Position numbers and translations under genes: made by a program. A stretch of 64,000 nt of DNA from Octopus sinensis (lineage: Eukaryota): NCBI RefSeq assembly GCF_006345805.1, contig NC_042998.1, positions 116,250,001-116,314,000 of the forward strand, written 5' to 3'. Below, piece by piece: positions 24,388 through 38,929 of this stretch. The notes beneath the pieces are model-generated. The model saw nothing but the letters and a program-made list of their open reading frames with translations. It was not told the origin of the DNA and did not search any database. Positions within the stretch are counted from its first letter, which is position 1. Each line of letters opens with the position of its first letter.

Positions 24388-27300
24388 TGTCACGCGGTGA
24401 GTGGAATAGAGAAATAAAGGTCAAGTTAATGAGAATATTGCTAACGATGTTAAAAAGTTTAAGAGATATATTAACAGAGAGAGGGGGTGAGAGAAGGAGA
24501 GAGAGAGGGGAGAGAGAGGAGAGAGCGAGTGAGAGAGAATGTGTGTGGGAGATAGATAGAAAGAGAGAGTGGGAGAGAGAGTGGGTGTGAGAGAGATAGA
24601 AAGAGAGGGAGAGAGAGGGAGAGAGTGTGTGCGTGACAGATATAGAAAGAGAGAAAGAGAGAAGAATATAAATTATTTAGCAAAGGAACATTTTAAAATC
24701 ATGTAATATAGTATTTTGACTGGAAGTGAAATAACTTTGCGAAATAGAAATGAATGTTATTAATTTTTAAATTTGCAATGGAAGTGCAACTAATCATGTA
24801 TATAAAAACATTGGGTATATTCTCTATATCGTTTTGTGTATCTTAATTTTATATAATGTAAACTAATCATTAATGTTATATAGAATTAAATACTAAAGAA
24901 TGATACGTGTAATTACTATTGTATTAAGTGTATTGTATATTCGTCTATCATCTTTTGCACAAGCAACAATGACTTTCATGTGTAACAAAATGCAAATCAT
25001 GTTTTCTGTCTTATACAATTCTTAGTTTTTTTCGTTCTGTAGTATTTTCACAGGCACCCGCTAGTTTATACATTCTTCTTTCTGGGTGTTGTCAATGTGT
25101 AACTCTTAAATTTATTATATTTATTAATTTGTGGTTATCCTATCATGTCCCCTATTGTTCCCAGAATTTATGCCCTGTGTATTTTTATTGTTCAGCCCAT
25201 ATACAGAGTCCCTATGCGTTATTGAACATTAAAGTTCTAGGTCTCTCCAGTTGGTTAATCAACAAACTGTTTGACGCAACTTTGGCTTGGATATAAACTT
25301 CCCAATAAGTTTGATTTGGTGTCTTAATGAAAAAAACAAAACAAAAATGTCATGTCTATGGACAGACAGGGGGATTATTTGGCCACATTGATAATCAGTA
25401 TTGTAGATAGCTGTACAAGTAGAAGTATTATAAGTGCCAAATTGTTTTGTTAGTTCGTAGAACTGAGATTTGTTATGAGGGAGCAATTTCCATTCTTTTC
25501 TATTTTCTCTTGTATGAAAATCTCAGAGTAAGTTTCTTGGAATTTTTCATACATACATTATTGAATATCATGCATTTCGACAGCCTAAAGATCAATGGTT
25601 TTCTGCTTGTGGATAAAATTTAGAGCGGCTGAACAGTCGATTTAACAAAGTGATGGCAGCAGTCAGGATGCAGAAAAAAACGCATTTGATCAGATGGCGG
25701 ATTTAAAAAAAAATTTAGGTTTATTTTAAAATACTACTTGATTGTTTAGTTGGCATCATATGCATATTGTTTATAATCAGGACCGTAAATACTGGTTGGA
25801 ATATCATCTATACATATACGGCTACGTCAGTTACCGATGGCATTTAACTCAAAATGTTTAGAACATGTCGCAGAGAGAAAAGAAACATTTTTTTTGTTGA
25901 GGATATACAGAGAAATAAAACTTTCCTTTACTGAATATTGGAACAAATAATATCAAAAACTGCATATTGGGTTCTATGTTAGAGAGAAATTCCCTCAGAA
26001 ATATCACCTTTAACTAGGTGCAGTAAGCCAGAAGTATTATATTTCATTCATCTTTTCAAAGTTCGAAGCAGATTGCTGCATGGTTTTCTTCTTGAACAAA
26101 ATCCTTTGTATAATAATCTATCATAGATATTACTGCGACAGGTTTGCGTTCGAGGTTGAAATCAACGTTAGGGTTTCTATATCCGGCAGTCTCATTCGCT
26201 TTTGGCAGATGATATTATAATGAGTCACCAATATTTTCGTTCTTCTGTTTGTTACTAAGGAAACTTTTTAAGTGCCAATGTAATCTGAATTACTGAGGAG
26301 ATCCTATGTATTCATCGACAATTATTTTGCCAGTTGCTTGCTGGTTTCCGTCCCGCTACATCATATGGTGGTTATGCAGCCCACTGAGAAATGGTTTCTA
26401 AAATATTCTCGGGAAATAGATGTCACTTGGAGTCTTATTAATTTTAAATTCTCTAGTTCCTTTTAATGTAGTTCAGCGTCCAGCAAAGAACAAATTTTTG
26501 AAAGTGCAGGATGCTTTAGAATCTGTTAGTACCTTTATAAATAGTTCAATCACACTCCCTGCAGCTAATAGTGAATTAAATTAAAAGATTAATCCTAGAC
26601 AACATCCACTTGAAAGCATTCTCTAATTGAGTAAATATTATACTAGCGCATGTATTATAGATAAAGGTTTATATAGTATTTATATTATAAACAGACAGTA
26701 GTTTCAGAATTTCGTGCAAATTCAAACTTATTTCTGCCCCTATAATCTAGATTTAGTTTAATTAACTATAAATTTAATAACATTTCTTTAACGCTCACTT
26801 TAATTATGCTGAGGTTTTGTGTTTAATTTTTATGACAAAGTACAGTTTTGCTTGATAACTACAGATGATATTCATATAACACAAAACTGACATTGTGCTG
26901 AAATCCCACATATGAATATAAGCATATCTGACAAAATGCTATATGATATGACTGCTAGATAAACAATTATGTTTCTAATAACTGTAGATATCTCGCTGAC
27001 ACAAATCCTATCTATATGTCTCCATATGCCATAGTAATTCATCTTTGATATCGAATATCTAAATATTCATCTTTCACTTAAATTTCCCTAAATGAGATGG
27101 GAAATTTCATACTTATACATCTATTCACTCGATCTCATACATTCTGTATAGAACCTCATATATACAAATGCATTTATGAATAACATCATCTCTTTCCAAT
27201 ATTGCTTCGCTTGGTGCCAAGTATCCGGCTTTAGACCTCAATCAATTGTAAGTTAATGTAAAGGTTAAAAAATTTTGATACTCTCATTTGAATTGTCCTT

Positions 27301-27549
27301 TACTGAACGATCAGTAGAGTTAAGCGTATAGAAGAAAAATGAGCTTAATTACAAAATATCTATAAACCATTAGCATCGATAAGATAGCGTAGCTCAAAAT
27401 ATCCCCTAAACTTAGAGCAAAACTACTAAAAGAATTTTGGCATGACACATTACTTAGGTCTCTACGTAACCCCTATAATATCCTCTCTAGATAGCCACAC
27501 ACACATACACATGTGTACGTAATATAAACATAATATAAAAGTGTGTATG

Positions 27550-27602
<53 letters not shown>

Positions 27603-27825
27603 TCGTATATGCGTGTGTGCCTGTGTGCGTGTAACTGTGTGAGTGTGTGTCGTGTTAGTATGCGAGTGTATGTGCGTGTTGGTGTATGTATGTGTATTTC
27701 TGTGCCTGCATATATATTGCTTCATTACTTCATATAGAAAGATATTTATATATGTATATTAAAACACACACACACACACACACACACACCACACATATAT
27801 TTCGTTTTTGACTCTCCCCAGACAT

Positions 27826-28589
<764 letters not shown>

Positions 28590-29949
28590 AGACATACTTA
28601 AATGCGCGCGTGCTCGCACAATGGCATACACAAAGACAAGCACATACATATATAGTTGATGGTGAGGGAGAGTGAAATAAAAGAACGTAAACATTCCAGA
28701 ATGAAATTGCTTCTGGCAGCTTCAATAGTTACAACATCAAACAAAGGTTCACAGAAAGTAGAGAGAAATGACAGTTGGCTATTCCACAGATTCTCGAAGT
28801 GAAAATTGGATTATATGCATGAATTAGTGCCAAGTACTTCGGAAATACTCTGTAGTTGATGAATCTTTCAACCCAATTATACTCTTATTTCTACATAGGC
28901 TAGTAAAAATATGAAGATGAAACATAGGTTTATACAAGGGCAACTTTACTTTAAAGCGAATATACAATTCTGTAATTATTATGGTGTACAAGTTGAATGC
29001 ACTTATCGCTGTACCTATAGGGTTTGATTACCTTGTCTGCTTAATAGCACTTCTCAACTGTCTAATGACGCCATCCACCTATTTTTCCCTTCTTTCTCCG
29101 CTTATCTCTCTCTCGTTCTCTCTCCCCCGTCTCCCCCTTTCTCACTCGCTCTCTCTCTCTTACACATGTTCACACAACTTTTTACTCTTTGACTTGATTG
29201 CGATCGAGAGGTTTGTCATAATTTCCCCAATTGAAACCTCTGATATGTGGCATTGGGTGAATGAGCGGGTTTGATGTTATCACCCTCGAGGTGCGTTCCC
29301 TGCCGGAAGGTTGGTTCACCGGAAATCTTGACGGGAAGAGATCCAGTTTTATATAGAAATGCCTTTGGGACATTTTCGAAGGTATTGAAGATCCACATGC
29401 CCTTCAAACCCAAGAAGTTTCAGAATCTGGTCCTCTATATGAATAATAATGTTGAGAATTATTGGCCTATCTTTGTGACTTCTTACCCAAGGTAAGGCCC
29501 TTCAAACCCAACAAGTTTCAGAATCTGGTCCTGTATATGAATAATGATGTTGCAATCTTCACCACTTTGCAGTGGTGCCCGTACTACTGTTTCAGTAAAT
29601 TTTAATGCGAAAGTTTGGTAGAATTCCTTCTAGAAGTTTCTAGATGTTTATCACTGCATATCTACCTCACCTTCGCCACGGAGAATAGAGTATTAACTTC
29701 TTCAACCTTTCCCAGTGGTTGACGTTGCATCCACATGATATTCCTTGTGTAGCTTCGATAAACTGCTTCGATTTGTGGCAATTGTTTTATTGCGTACTAA
29801 TGGTAGGAATAGTTGTTTAAGCAGCTGAGGACATATGTCATCCAGAGGAACATCATAGTTTCCTGTTTTCTTGTTCTAAAAATTTCGAAGTAGCCATCCA
29901 GATGTAGTGGAAAAGACATATTCCAGTTTGTTCATTTGCTGATGTCCTA

Positions 29950-30990
29950 AAGAGTAGTGAAAATACTGATCGTTCAGTATTTCACTCACTTATCCTCATT
30001 GGGTTTCCTCTTTGGGAGCCGTCCTCTTGGAGGAGTGGCCCTAACTTTCGCATACAGAGGCCATTTCTTTGATTATAGTTAAAGAAAACTTAATTTTAGA
30101 AATCAGTCCTCTTTGAGCGCCCTATCACTTATTTGTGGGACTATTGCGGTCTATTCTCAATTTCCATCGGAATTGTATTCAGGCAGGACTTTGCAAGACT
30201 TTTGAGATATTCAGGAATGAGATAATTATTTACTGTGTGTGTTGGGCTAATTCTCTGTGATAGACATGTCACACATGACTTATATTATGGACATGAAATG
30301 TTTAAGTTTCGTTTCAATATCTGGTGGGGAGAGACATTTAAGTCAATTCTCTTTGAGGATTTCTTTCTGAGTTCATTTCCAGTTTGCTTTACTAAAATTC
30401 AAACTGAGAATTATCGGGTGCTCCGTAGAGGATACACGTCTGCATAAACGCCAGCTCAATTCTGGGTGATCTAAGCCTAGTGTAGGTGAAATTTTAACAT
30501 TAACGAAGATATCCAGTCTTTCTTGTGCAGTGATCCACTATAACATTTGTTCTGTTTGGCTATAGCATAATATGCTTTATGGAGGAATATTTGGAAAAGT
30601 TGAGGAGAGACTCCACAGTGCTTGTTGGTTCTATTTATATCCGGAAGAATGAGGCCTTCGGTTCATATAACACCGGGAAAGTTGAAGTTGCTGTCAAGGA
30701 ATATACTGATGTAGGGAAGAACTTGATTTTGCGAGTCAGTCTACAAATGTATCTGTGTAATCTGGCGTGTCTGGTGAATGATATGTAATACATATAACAA
30801 TATCAAGACGTCTTGTGTGCCATATCCTGAATTTCAACATAATAGCAGAATCTAGGGCATGAGTTCATTATGGATGTATACCTCAACTCCACCATGGCTA
30901 CTTTCTCTTCTGTCTGTTCGTGTTACACCATACTTCGATATGTGTACTTCTACATCCCATATATCAGATGTACAAATCGTTTCCACAAGT
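29950..30990 (-). mobile_element. LINE ORF2 fragment (APE endonuclease and linker; CR1/Jockey-like), decayed
   Basis: RTDRRESSHGGVEVYI, SNFNFP, LNFSKANW, GPLLQEDGSQRGNPMRISE..ILNDQY. Confidence 0.7.
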
Positions 30991-31010
30991 ACTGTGCATA
31001 AAGATTGACA

Positions 31011-31046
<36 letters not shown>

Positions 31047-31654
31047 AACAAACAAACAAACACTCATATACCATATTATATTATATACAGCATATTATAA
31101 TCCTAATGGCAAGAGATTGTTCTTCATGTTCAGAGAAATATTCTTGACTAAGCCAAGTTAAAATATTTACCAAATTCTCCTCCAGTGTGCGATCTGCCTT
31201 GAATTATACATGAAGATGACAGCCTGCAGCCTGACAAGTTGTGAGGAAAAATTAATATCATTTGTGAGTGTGTGAAGATTTGTTGGGATGGAACAGTTAC
31301 ATATTCGCTTAGTGGTAAAATTTAGGGTTAAGTGAACTGTGTAAGAGACGAAGAGAAAACACGTTGTCAAATTCTAATTGTTTGGTGTAGGTGAGATGCC
31401 GTTTAGATTTTCAGACATATTACTGCTTTCAGCATTGAGAGCTAAAGTATAAGGGAAAGCACTCACACCTGTCATACGACTGTCAGCAGCATTTACTCTG
31501 TGGTAATAATGCATATTTTCGTGTTATGTAAAACAAGTGTATACAGAATGGTTGTACTGAAGGAAGTGTTTCCTGTGAAGTTAAGTTCAACAAATATGTA
31601 TGTTCTGTTCAGTAGTATCTTTGGCTAATTTTGGATAAAAAATAACTGAGTGAG

Positions 31655-31780
31655 GAACAGTGACTGTGATAAGCAGCTTTCTCCTCACCCACATAGCTCC
31701 GGATTCTGTCCCATGGAATCTTGGTCGAGCGGCTTTCACTATAGACCCGGGCTGACCAAAGCCTTGTGAGTGGATTTAGA
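31655..31780 (+). mobile_element. SINE head fragment
   Basis: ACTATAGACCCGGGCTGACCAAAGCCTTGTGAGT matches 2761-2793. Confidence 0.65.
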
Positions 31781-31920
31781 AATGTATATGTGTGTGTGTG
31801 TGTTTGTGTGTGTATGTGTGTGTGAGTGTGTGTGTGGATAAGTATGTGTGTATATAAGTCTGTGTGTACATGTGTCTAATGTGTATTAATGTATACACAC
31901 ACACACACACATATATATAT

Positions 31921-32106
31921 TCGCCATGGTAGATCGCTAGCCACTAGACACATTTTTTTCTCTCCTTGTTTCTTTCTGTGTTCCTTTCTGTGGAAGAGCG
32001 TAGTCTCAAAACGTTAAAGACTTTTTCAATTCCCGAGCGTTATACTAATACATCTGTTTGTTGTCTACACGACCTGTCTTCGTTCTTTTTGATTTTTTGT
32101 GAATTC
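31921..32106 (+). mobile_element. Solo PLE pLTR fragment with degenerate hammerhead-like motif (31984-32019)
   Basis: Collinear with 10078-10280. CUUU-CUGUGGA-AGAGC-GUAG-UCUC-AAAACGUU-AAAG. Confidence 0.75.
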
Positions 32107-32269
32107 CTGCGTCGGTGGTTTATTCGCATTAGCTATGGTGCCCAAAGAATGACTATAATATGAAACATCATCAAATATTTTTTTGAAACGATGTTATTAA
32201 TTTAGGCAATGCCCGGGCCAGTTCGGTTCGGGACCGATCTAAGCATCGAAATATTTAAATTATATATAT

Positions 32270-33220
32270 TGTCTGAGAGACTTTTGTGTCATCCGCGTAG
32301 CTAGCAAGGGTGGCTAGCTGAGCAGCCGAAAGCATGGCTGAAAGGACCACTATGAGCAGCAGTGGACTCAAGACAGTGCCCTATGGAACACCATTTGCTA
32401 TCTGCGTTTTCTTGAAGGTGGCTCCATTGGCCACTACTGCCTGACGTCTATCCTTTAGAAACTTGTGCAGCCATTCTCCAAATTTTCCGCATATGCCAAG
32501 ATCGCGAAGTTTGTGACATATTATACCATCGTAAACTTTATCAAAGGCTTTGGCAAAATCGAGATATATCACATTCACACTTGAGTCATTCACCAGCACT
32601 TTTAACACCCAGTCGTAGTGTTGCAGGAGCCATGTAAGACAGATTCTACCTAGACGAAATCCATGATGGGTGTCAGTCAGCAAGTCATTTTCTTCTAGGA
32701 ACGTGATTAGTTTCTTGCAGACTATTTGTTCCATGATTTTACTGATGTATGAAGTCAGAGAGATAGGCCCATAATTTTTAGCATTTTCTCAGCTTCCTCC
32801 CTTATGGATAGGGTATATTATCCCTTCCTTCAGTTTATCTGGGAGTTTACCACTTGCAAGGAAGTTCTGAAAGAGAAGCTGCAGTGGTTTTGTAAGAGCT
32901 TTCTTCAATCATTCGAGTAGGTCCGCTGGAAAACCATCCGAGCCAGCCGCTGAGTTTGTGTCAACCTCTTCTATGACCAGTATTACATCTTCTTCTTCAA
33001 TGTTTATGTACTCAATTTTTAACCTTTTTGATTTTAGGTAATGTGGCAAAGAATTCATCTGGTTTGTTCACTTGCCTGTGTTCCAACAGAGTAGTGATCA
33101 CAATCTGAAACTGTTTGTTCAGTATTTCACTTACTCTCATAGAGTTTCCAGTGAGGGAGCCATCATTTTGGAAGCTTTAGGGTTTGACTTGATATTTTCT
33201 ATAAGATTCTGCTTCTTCCA
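32270..33220 (-). mobile_element. LINE reverse-transcriptase fragment (same family as 29950-30990)
   Basis: AAGSDGFP, PIHKGG, YGPISLTS, HGFRLGR, YLDFAKAFDKV, GVP*GTVLSPLL, YADDTK. Confidence 0.88.
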
Positions 33221-33279
33221 ACATATTGTGGGAAGAAATTAACAGGAGCTTGTGTCTGTAAGCTGCCACCGGGAATTGA

Positions 33280-34135
33280 ACCGGAATGGATAGAGGACAC
33301 TATCCATCGGAGCCTGGGTGGCATCGGGCAAAAGATTTTAAATGTGAAATTGTTGCAGGCGCAGATTGGGTGGGTTCAAAAGCGGTTTTGACCATATGGA
33401 CCCTATCAACCGCTAAAGATCTCATATTTCCAGATTTTTTGAAAATGGCCGGTTGCAGATACCCAGTGATACTTGAAGGATCCCGCTCTCCAAGTGTCAC
33501 CTATGCCTGGAACCGGACCATATCAAGACGAACTGTCCTCATGACTAAAGTAATGTCCTGGAGCAGTTAATAAAAGTAGCACCCTCTTCCTCCTTCGGAG
33601 GGAGAGATGGAGACCTCGAAGAAAGGAAGAAGGTGGGCAACAATGGTTGCCCACCGAAGGACCACAAAGCTGCGTGAGGGAGGGAAGATCCTCCAGATAA
33701 AGTGGAGGAACTACACACATGAGAGAAAAAAAGAAGACGAAGAATGGAACATTGCCGGCGGTTAGTTGTACACTGCCGGCATGTTTTGAAACCTCGTCGG
33801 TGGATATTGTGCCACCGACGGAGGAAAATGCGGCCCCCTCCCAGTGTGATGAAGGATGATTCTGTGATCTTCTTTCATAAAGGAGGGGCAGTACAGAGCT
33901 TTGTGAAGAAGCTAGAAAGCCGGAAGGAGGGGTCCTGTCATGGAATAAAGACTCTGATTGACCTCCGCAGGTAACTGCGGAGGTCATAGTGGAGGATGAT
34001 ATGTTCAGGGTGATGCACTCGTTTCCCAAGACCCAATATATGTTTGATTTTTGGGGCTCCAACTTGGAACTGCAGGATTGTCAGCGGGAGGCATATAACC
34101 TAGTCGGGGAGGATAGGTAAGAGGCCTTAGTACCT
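33280..34135 (-). mobile_element. GC-richer decayed insert, possibly the 5'/endonuclease part of another LINE
   Basis: Compositional shift. LTILQF near 34080 and PGSDG near 33305 loosely match APE endonuclease ends. Confidence 0.3.
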
Positions 34136-35514
34136 CAATTTGTATTTATATTTGAATTTGTAATTTTTGTAAGAGGCTCAGCGCCTCAATTTGTAAGGAC
34201 AATTACGTCCACTTTTTGAACTGAGGTAAGAAGTTCAATATCTCATTTTGTCTTGTTAGAAAAAAAAGAGAATGTTTTCCAGAAGCAACAATCGGCTGGC
34301 GTTGTCTACTGCTCTCAACAACCATTTCTTTCATTCCATCATCTTCGTGTCTTTTTCCAGTCCGCAGCTACATCTTTGCAAGTTTGCATAGCCAATTTTA
34401 TGAAAAAATGTAGGTTGTGTTATTATGTGGTCATAGAATGAGTGTTATCCAATCAAACATAGCTGGCTTTAATGTAATTTGCGTTGGAGTGTAGCGTTAT
34501 TTCTGATATGAAACCCCTGGAGAAGCTTGTGTGTCTATAATTATTTTGAAAATAATTGCTTAAATTCGATTACTTCCCCCTTGCTTCTGTTGATCTTTCT
34601 GGATTATAGTTTACGCAGCAATTTCTTGAGAAAAGCATTCCATGCCAGTGTACCATTGTACATTTGTAAATATTCATCCAATCTCCACACCGACTTCGAC
34701 AGGCAGTGGATACACTCTAAATGTTACTGAATAGCTACAGTGAAAACTGCATGTTATATCTGAGAGATTTTTCTTCTTTTTTTATATCGTAACATCTAAA
34801 GCTAAACAGCAAGAATATTATACTTCAATTTCACCGTGTTAAAAGTTAGACAACCAGCCTCAACGACTGAGAAATTGTAGCCTTTCAATTGTAGTTATTC
34901 CTCACAAGTAGTATATCCAAATCTTATCAATTACCAAAGCACGAAACTCCAGGTAGCAAGGGGGATGGATCATATGTGACATCTAGTATAGTAAAATTTT
35001 AAAAAAATAAACAGAAACAAGGAATTCGACTTACATTTATGCCTATTTATACCATAATGGAATTTTGAGGTATCAGTTATGTCAGAGTAAAATAAGGTTG
35101 CATTCTAGCGTGTGCATTAAACTATTTCATCGGTTTTCCAATAGAGTATTCATTGGTACCATAATATCATACAGTTCTCATCTCCATTTTCGGTTCATGA
35201 TAATTCTAATATCGCAAAATCCCATCCTAACCTTAATTGACAAGCACATCCCAACTAAACATAAATATAATAAAGTTATTTCACAGATGTTATATTCTCG
35301 TGCTAAAACACTAACGTATACTTACGAAATATGTCCAATACAGCAGAAACAGAGATTACCTTTATAAATTGCAACCTAAATGTATAGAAACTCTGTATGA
35401 TTTACTCTTTTATCATAGATGTGTGATGGAAGGTTGTGATTTAAGGGAAGTGATATTACAACCATATTTTGTAATTTGAATTCAATAAGAAAATAGAAGT
35501 ACGACTAGACTTAC

Positions 35515-35614
35515 CAACTAGATCTGTCGATTAAGAGAACATGCATCCAGTTCCAGCTTGAAATGTTACAATATCTAGGGATCAAATCCTTAGCAGATCG
35601 GAAATACGTGTCAT
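35515..35614 (-). other. Candidate 100-nt internal exon (DTYFRSAKDLIPRYCNISSWNWMHVLLIDRSS)
   Basis: Polypyrimidine tract + TGCAG acceptor, GTAAGT donor, a single open frame. Confidence 0.35.
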
Positions 35615-35756
35615 CTGCACCGTGGAGGGAAAAAAAACCCCACAAACATTTGCAATGGTAAACATCTTTTTGAATAGCAAGTCAGCAATTTTTGCAATTG
35701 TAATTAGTGTGAAGAGCATCTCTTACGTACCTTGATCGTAAAACCTGAGGAGGGTA

Positions 35757-36004
35757 AAAATCCCCTTCGGTTATGAATGACCATGGGATTGCACCGAGAA
35801 AGTTCCCCTCCAAGACACAAGTCCGCAAGGTTGTTTATGGGAGACTAGGCCATACAGAACAACCTCCTCTCTCCACGTCACCGACGTTATCGAAGGGAAA
35901 TAGCTTGGCACCGGTGGCGTCACACCTCATTTCCACAGCTGAGTGAGCTGAAGCAACGTGAAATGAAGTGTTGTGTCTTGCTCAAGAAAACCACGCACAG
36001 CCCG
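35757..36004 (-). mobile_element. SINE body fragment (third family)
   Basis: Minus strand CTTGAGCAAGACAC..CACGTTGCT.CAG.TCACTCAGCTG resembles conserved SINE central domains. Confidence 0.55.
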
Positions 36005-36813
36005 TTGAAGATAAAAACACACACATACTCTCTTACATACGCTGTATGTGAAATCTAAGATTCGGACGACAAGTGTTGTGATATCGACTGTTAAAGTTGC
36101 AATCTTGCTTTGGTGTAGTGGTTAACTTGAGCTTATTTTTATTTAGAGCAGATACAGCGTTTAAATAAGTTTGCAACTCCTCCGTTTTCTACTACGTGGA
36201 TTTTGAATTCAGAGGGCAAATGTCCCAGCAAAGATTGATTTCTCAAAGCAGTCATGTGTGCTCACATTTCGCTTTATAGCGTGGGCTTTACAAGGAACCC
36301 ACAGATGGAAACACGAGTTAATTGAATTACATGAGAAAATATATAATCATTACTCACTTTTTGAAAAGTGATCTTAGTAGTTCGGAAAAAATAACTGCAC
36401 CTTATCTGTATCAAGTTTGATGTGTTACACACAAGGGGCAGTAATTCCATACTACAGCATTAGAGACACCATCTTTGAAAACGGTGAGCTTTTTGTTATG
36501 TTGAGTTTTTGTTTCAGTGAATATTCGTGAAACTTGAAATAAAATAATCAGGTGAATAAACCAATTATTCTCTATACAGTGTATTGACATTTTATCTTGC
36601 TCGTTTAAACAAGTGCAATTATGTAAGCCTATGCATATATATCTATATATATGGGTGTGTGTGTGTGTTTGTGTTTGTGTATGTGCGTATGCATATATGT
36701 ATATATATATATATATATATATGTGCATATACATATATGCATTCATATATATATATGTATGTATGTACATATATATGTATATATATACGCATATATATAT
36801 GTATATATGTATG

Positions 36814-36907
<94 letters not shown>

Positions 36908-38187
36908 TTATGTATGTATGTATGTATATATATTTGTATGTGTGTCTATGTATGTATGTATGTGCACACGCAGCACGTATATACGTCCGTATGTGCATGC
37001 CATAGAAAATTAAGGTAATTCAGCACAATAAACATTTTGCAACATCTAGAATAAAAAATGCGCTCAGTTGAAATTATTTCTTCTACACACAAAAAATCTT
37101 GTATAGCTGCAACTAACCGAATTATGCATCTACTCAAATGCAAATTATTAAATTATTCTCCATATTCCTATATATCTCATATTTTATCGCAGTCCTGAAT
37201 TTCTTATTTATATCTTATATCACACGATTCTGATCACAAGTGTAGAAATTTATCATATATGAATTTCTTCGTCTTGCTGTCAGAAACACTTTACGTATCT
37301 TGACGTTTTAATTCACATTTCGTTGTTTAATGAAATATATATGACCGGTGGCTATTGCAAGCAGAGAACTTAAGAAAATGAATTATATAGAATTCAAGAA
37401 TGCCTGAGGGGCGGCAAAACAGGAAATGAAATAGACAGGAAAGCGGATATTGACCACCAAATTCAGATTAGATTAAATCCCTTGAGCTTCAAGAAGAAAC
37501 GTATTTAGCAGCATAATTATTGCAGTTATTGCCTATTTCTCCCATATATATTTTTTTTTACTGGTTTACATACTATCATATACTCTTACATATAATTGCA
37601 GGTATGCATTTGCAAAAAATATGTTCACATACATACCCATACACCCAGCATATACGTTCATCCCCACCACACACACATGGCCAACTAGCTAGCTTGCAAG
37701 ATAGATATATAGATAGACAGATATTTAGATTGAAAGATACAACCACGAACACCATAATTTTATTTTGTCTTGTTTTATACTTCCATAAGTGCAATTAGAC
37801 GTTTTGTCAATGTCATCAGGGAAAGAAACAGCATTTATAAGCAACTTTTCATCTACTTACTTGTTGATAATAAAATCTATCTAGATTGATGTTTGCCCTA
37901 TTGGTAGTTAACGAGGTCTCTGCTTGATTTGTTGGAGTTGGTGTTGCAAGTTTTCAAGAAATAAGAATTATTGAATATAAGGAGCAGAGAATGTTCTTAA
38001 TTTCTTTTCGAAAATATATTGTTTCCATGCATATTTTGGCATCGTTCCCTCAGTAATTACAAGTTAGTTTGCATGAGTTCCTTCTCTTCAACTCTAATTG
38101 TGACTTACAAGTTAAAGTATTGTCGTCGTCGCATTCTTAAAAATAAATCAATCTAAATTATGACATTCACAAACTAAATTAATATTT

Positions 38188-38378
38188 GTTTCAAATATTA
38201 GCACAGAACCGGCAATTTCGGCGCAGGGAGAAAGTCGCTTACATCTGGTACTCAGTCCTTTGACACCCGAAGGGTGTAAAGTCAAATTCGACCTTTGCGG
38301 AATTTGAAATTAGAACGTAAGGACAAATGAAATGCGGATAGGCATTTTACCCGGCGTGCTAATGATTCTGCCACCTCG
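38188..38378 (-). mobile_element. tRNA-derived SINE (family of 4128-4326)
   Basis: Collinear homology. Confidence 0.7.
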
Positions 38379-38929
38379 TATTGTGTCAATACCATGCCTT
38401 CTTCGACAACATCACCGTTGCCCCTGAATGAAATGGTGTGTGTACTATCACTTGGGGCCAGTAAGATATCTGCTACTGATTTGTAAGACATTTCACTGCA
38501 TTTGAATACTATTACCGCCATTTTCCTCATGAACAATTAAATTCAGCTAGCTAGAAATAAACTTATCTGGATAATTCATCGTGCGGCATAGAGAGATCGT
38601 CATGTCATATACATATACACATATACATGCATATGTTTAAATGTATGTACACATCTACACTTATAAACACACACAAAGTCACACTAGGTTAAAATATACG
38701 AAGCCCAGTATACTCATCATGACTACCCGTCTGATAAGGATACTTCAGCCACATGCATCATAACCATATACGTGCGACATGGTGATCTCAAATCAAGATA
38801 AACAGCGCATGACCATCTCTTCAGGTCGAGTAAAATAAGAAGCCATGAAAGCCACTGCCTGGTACTGCATGAAAACTCTCAGCTTATTTTGGTAGCTATG
38901 GCAGAAAGTGTCAGCTGTTCACAGCCAGG

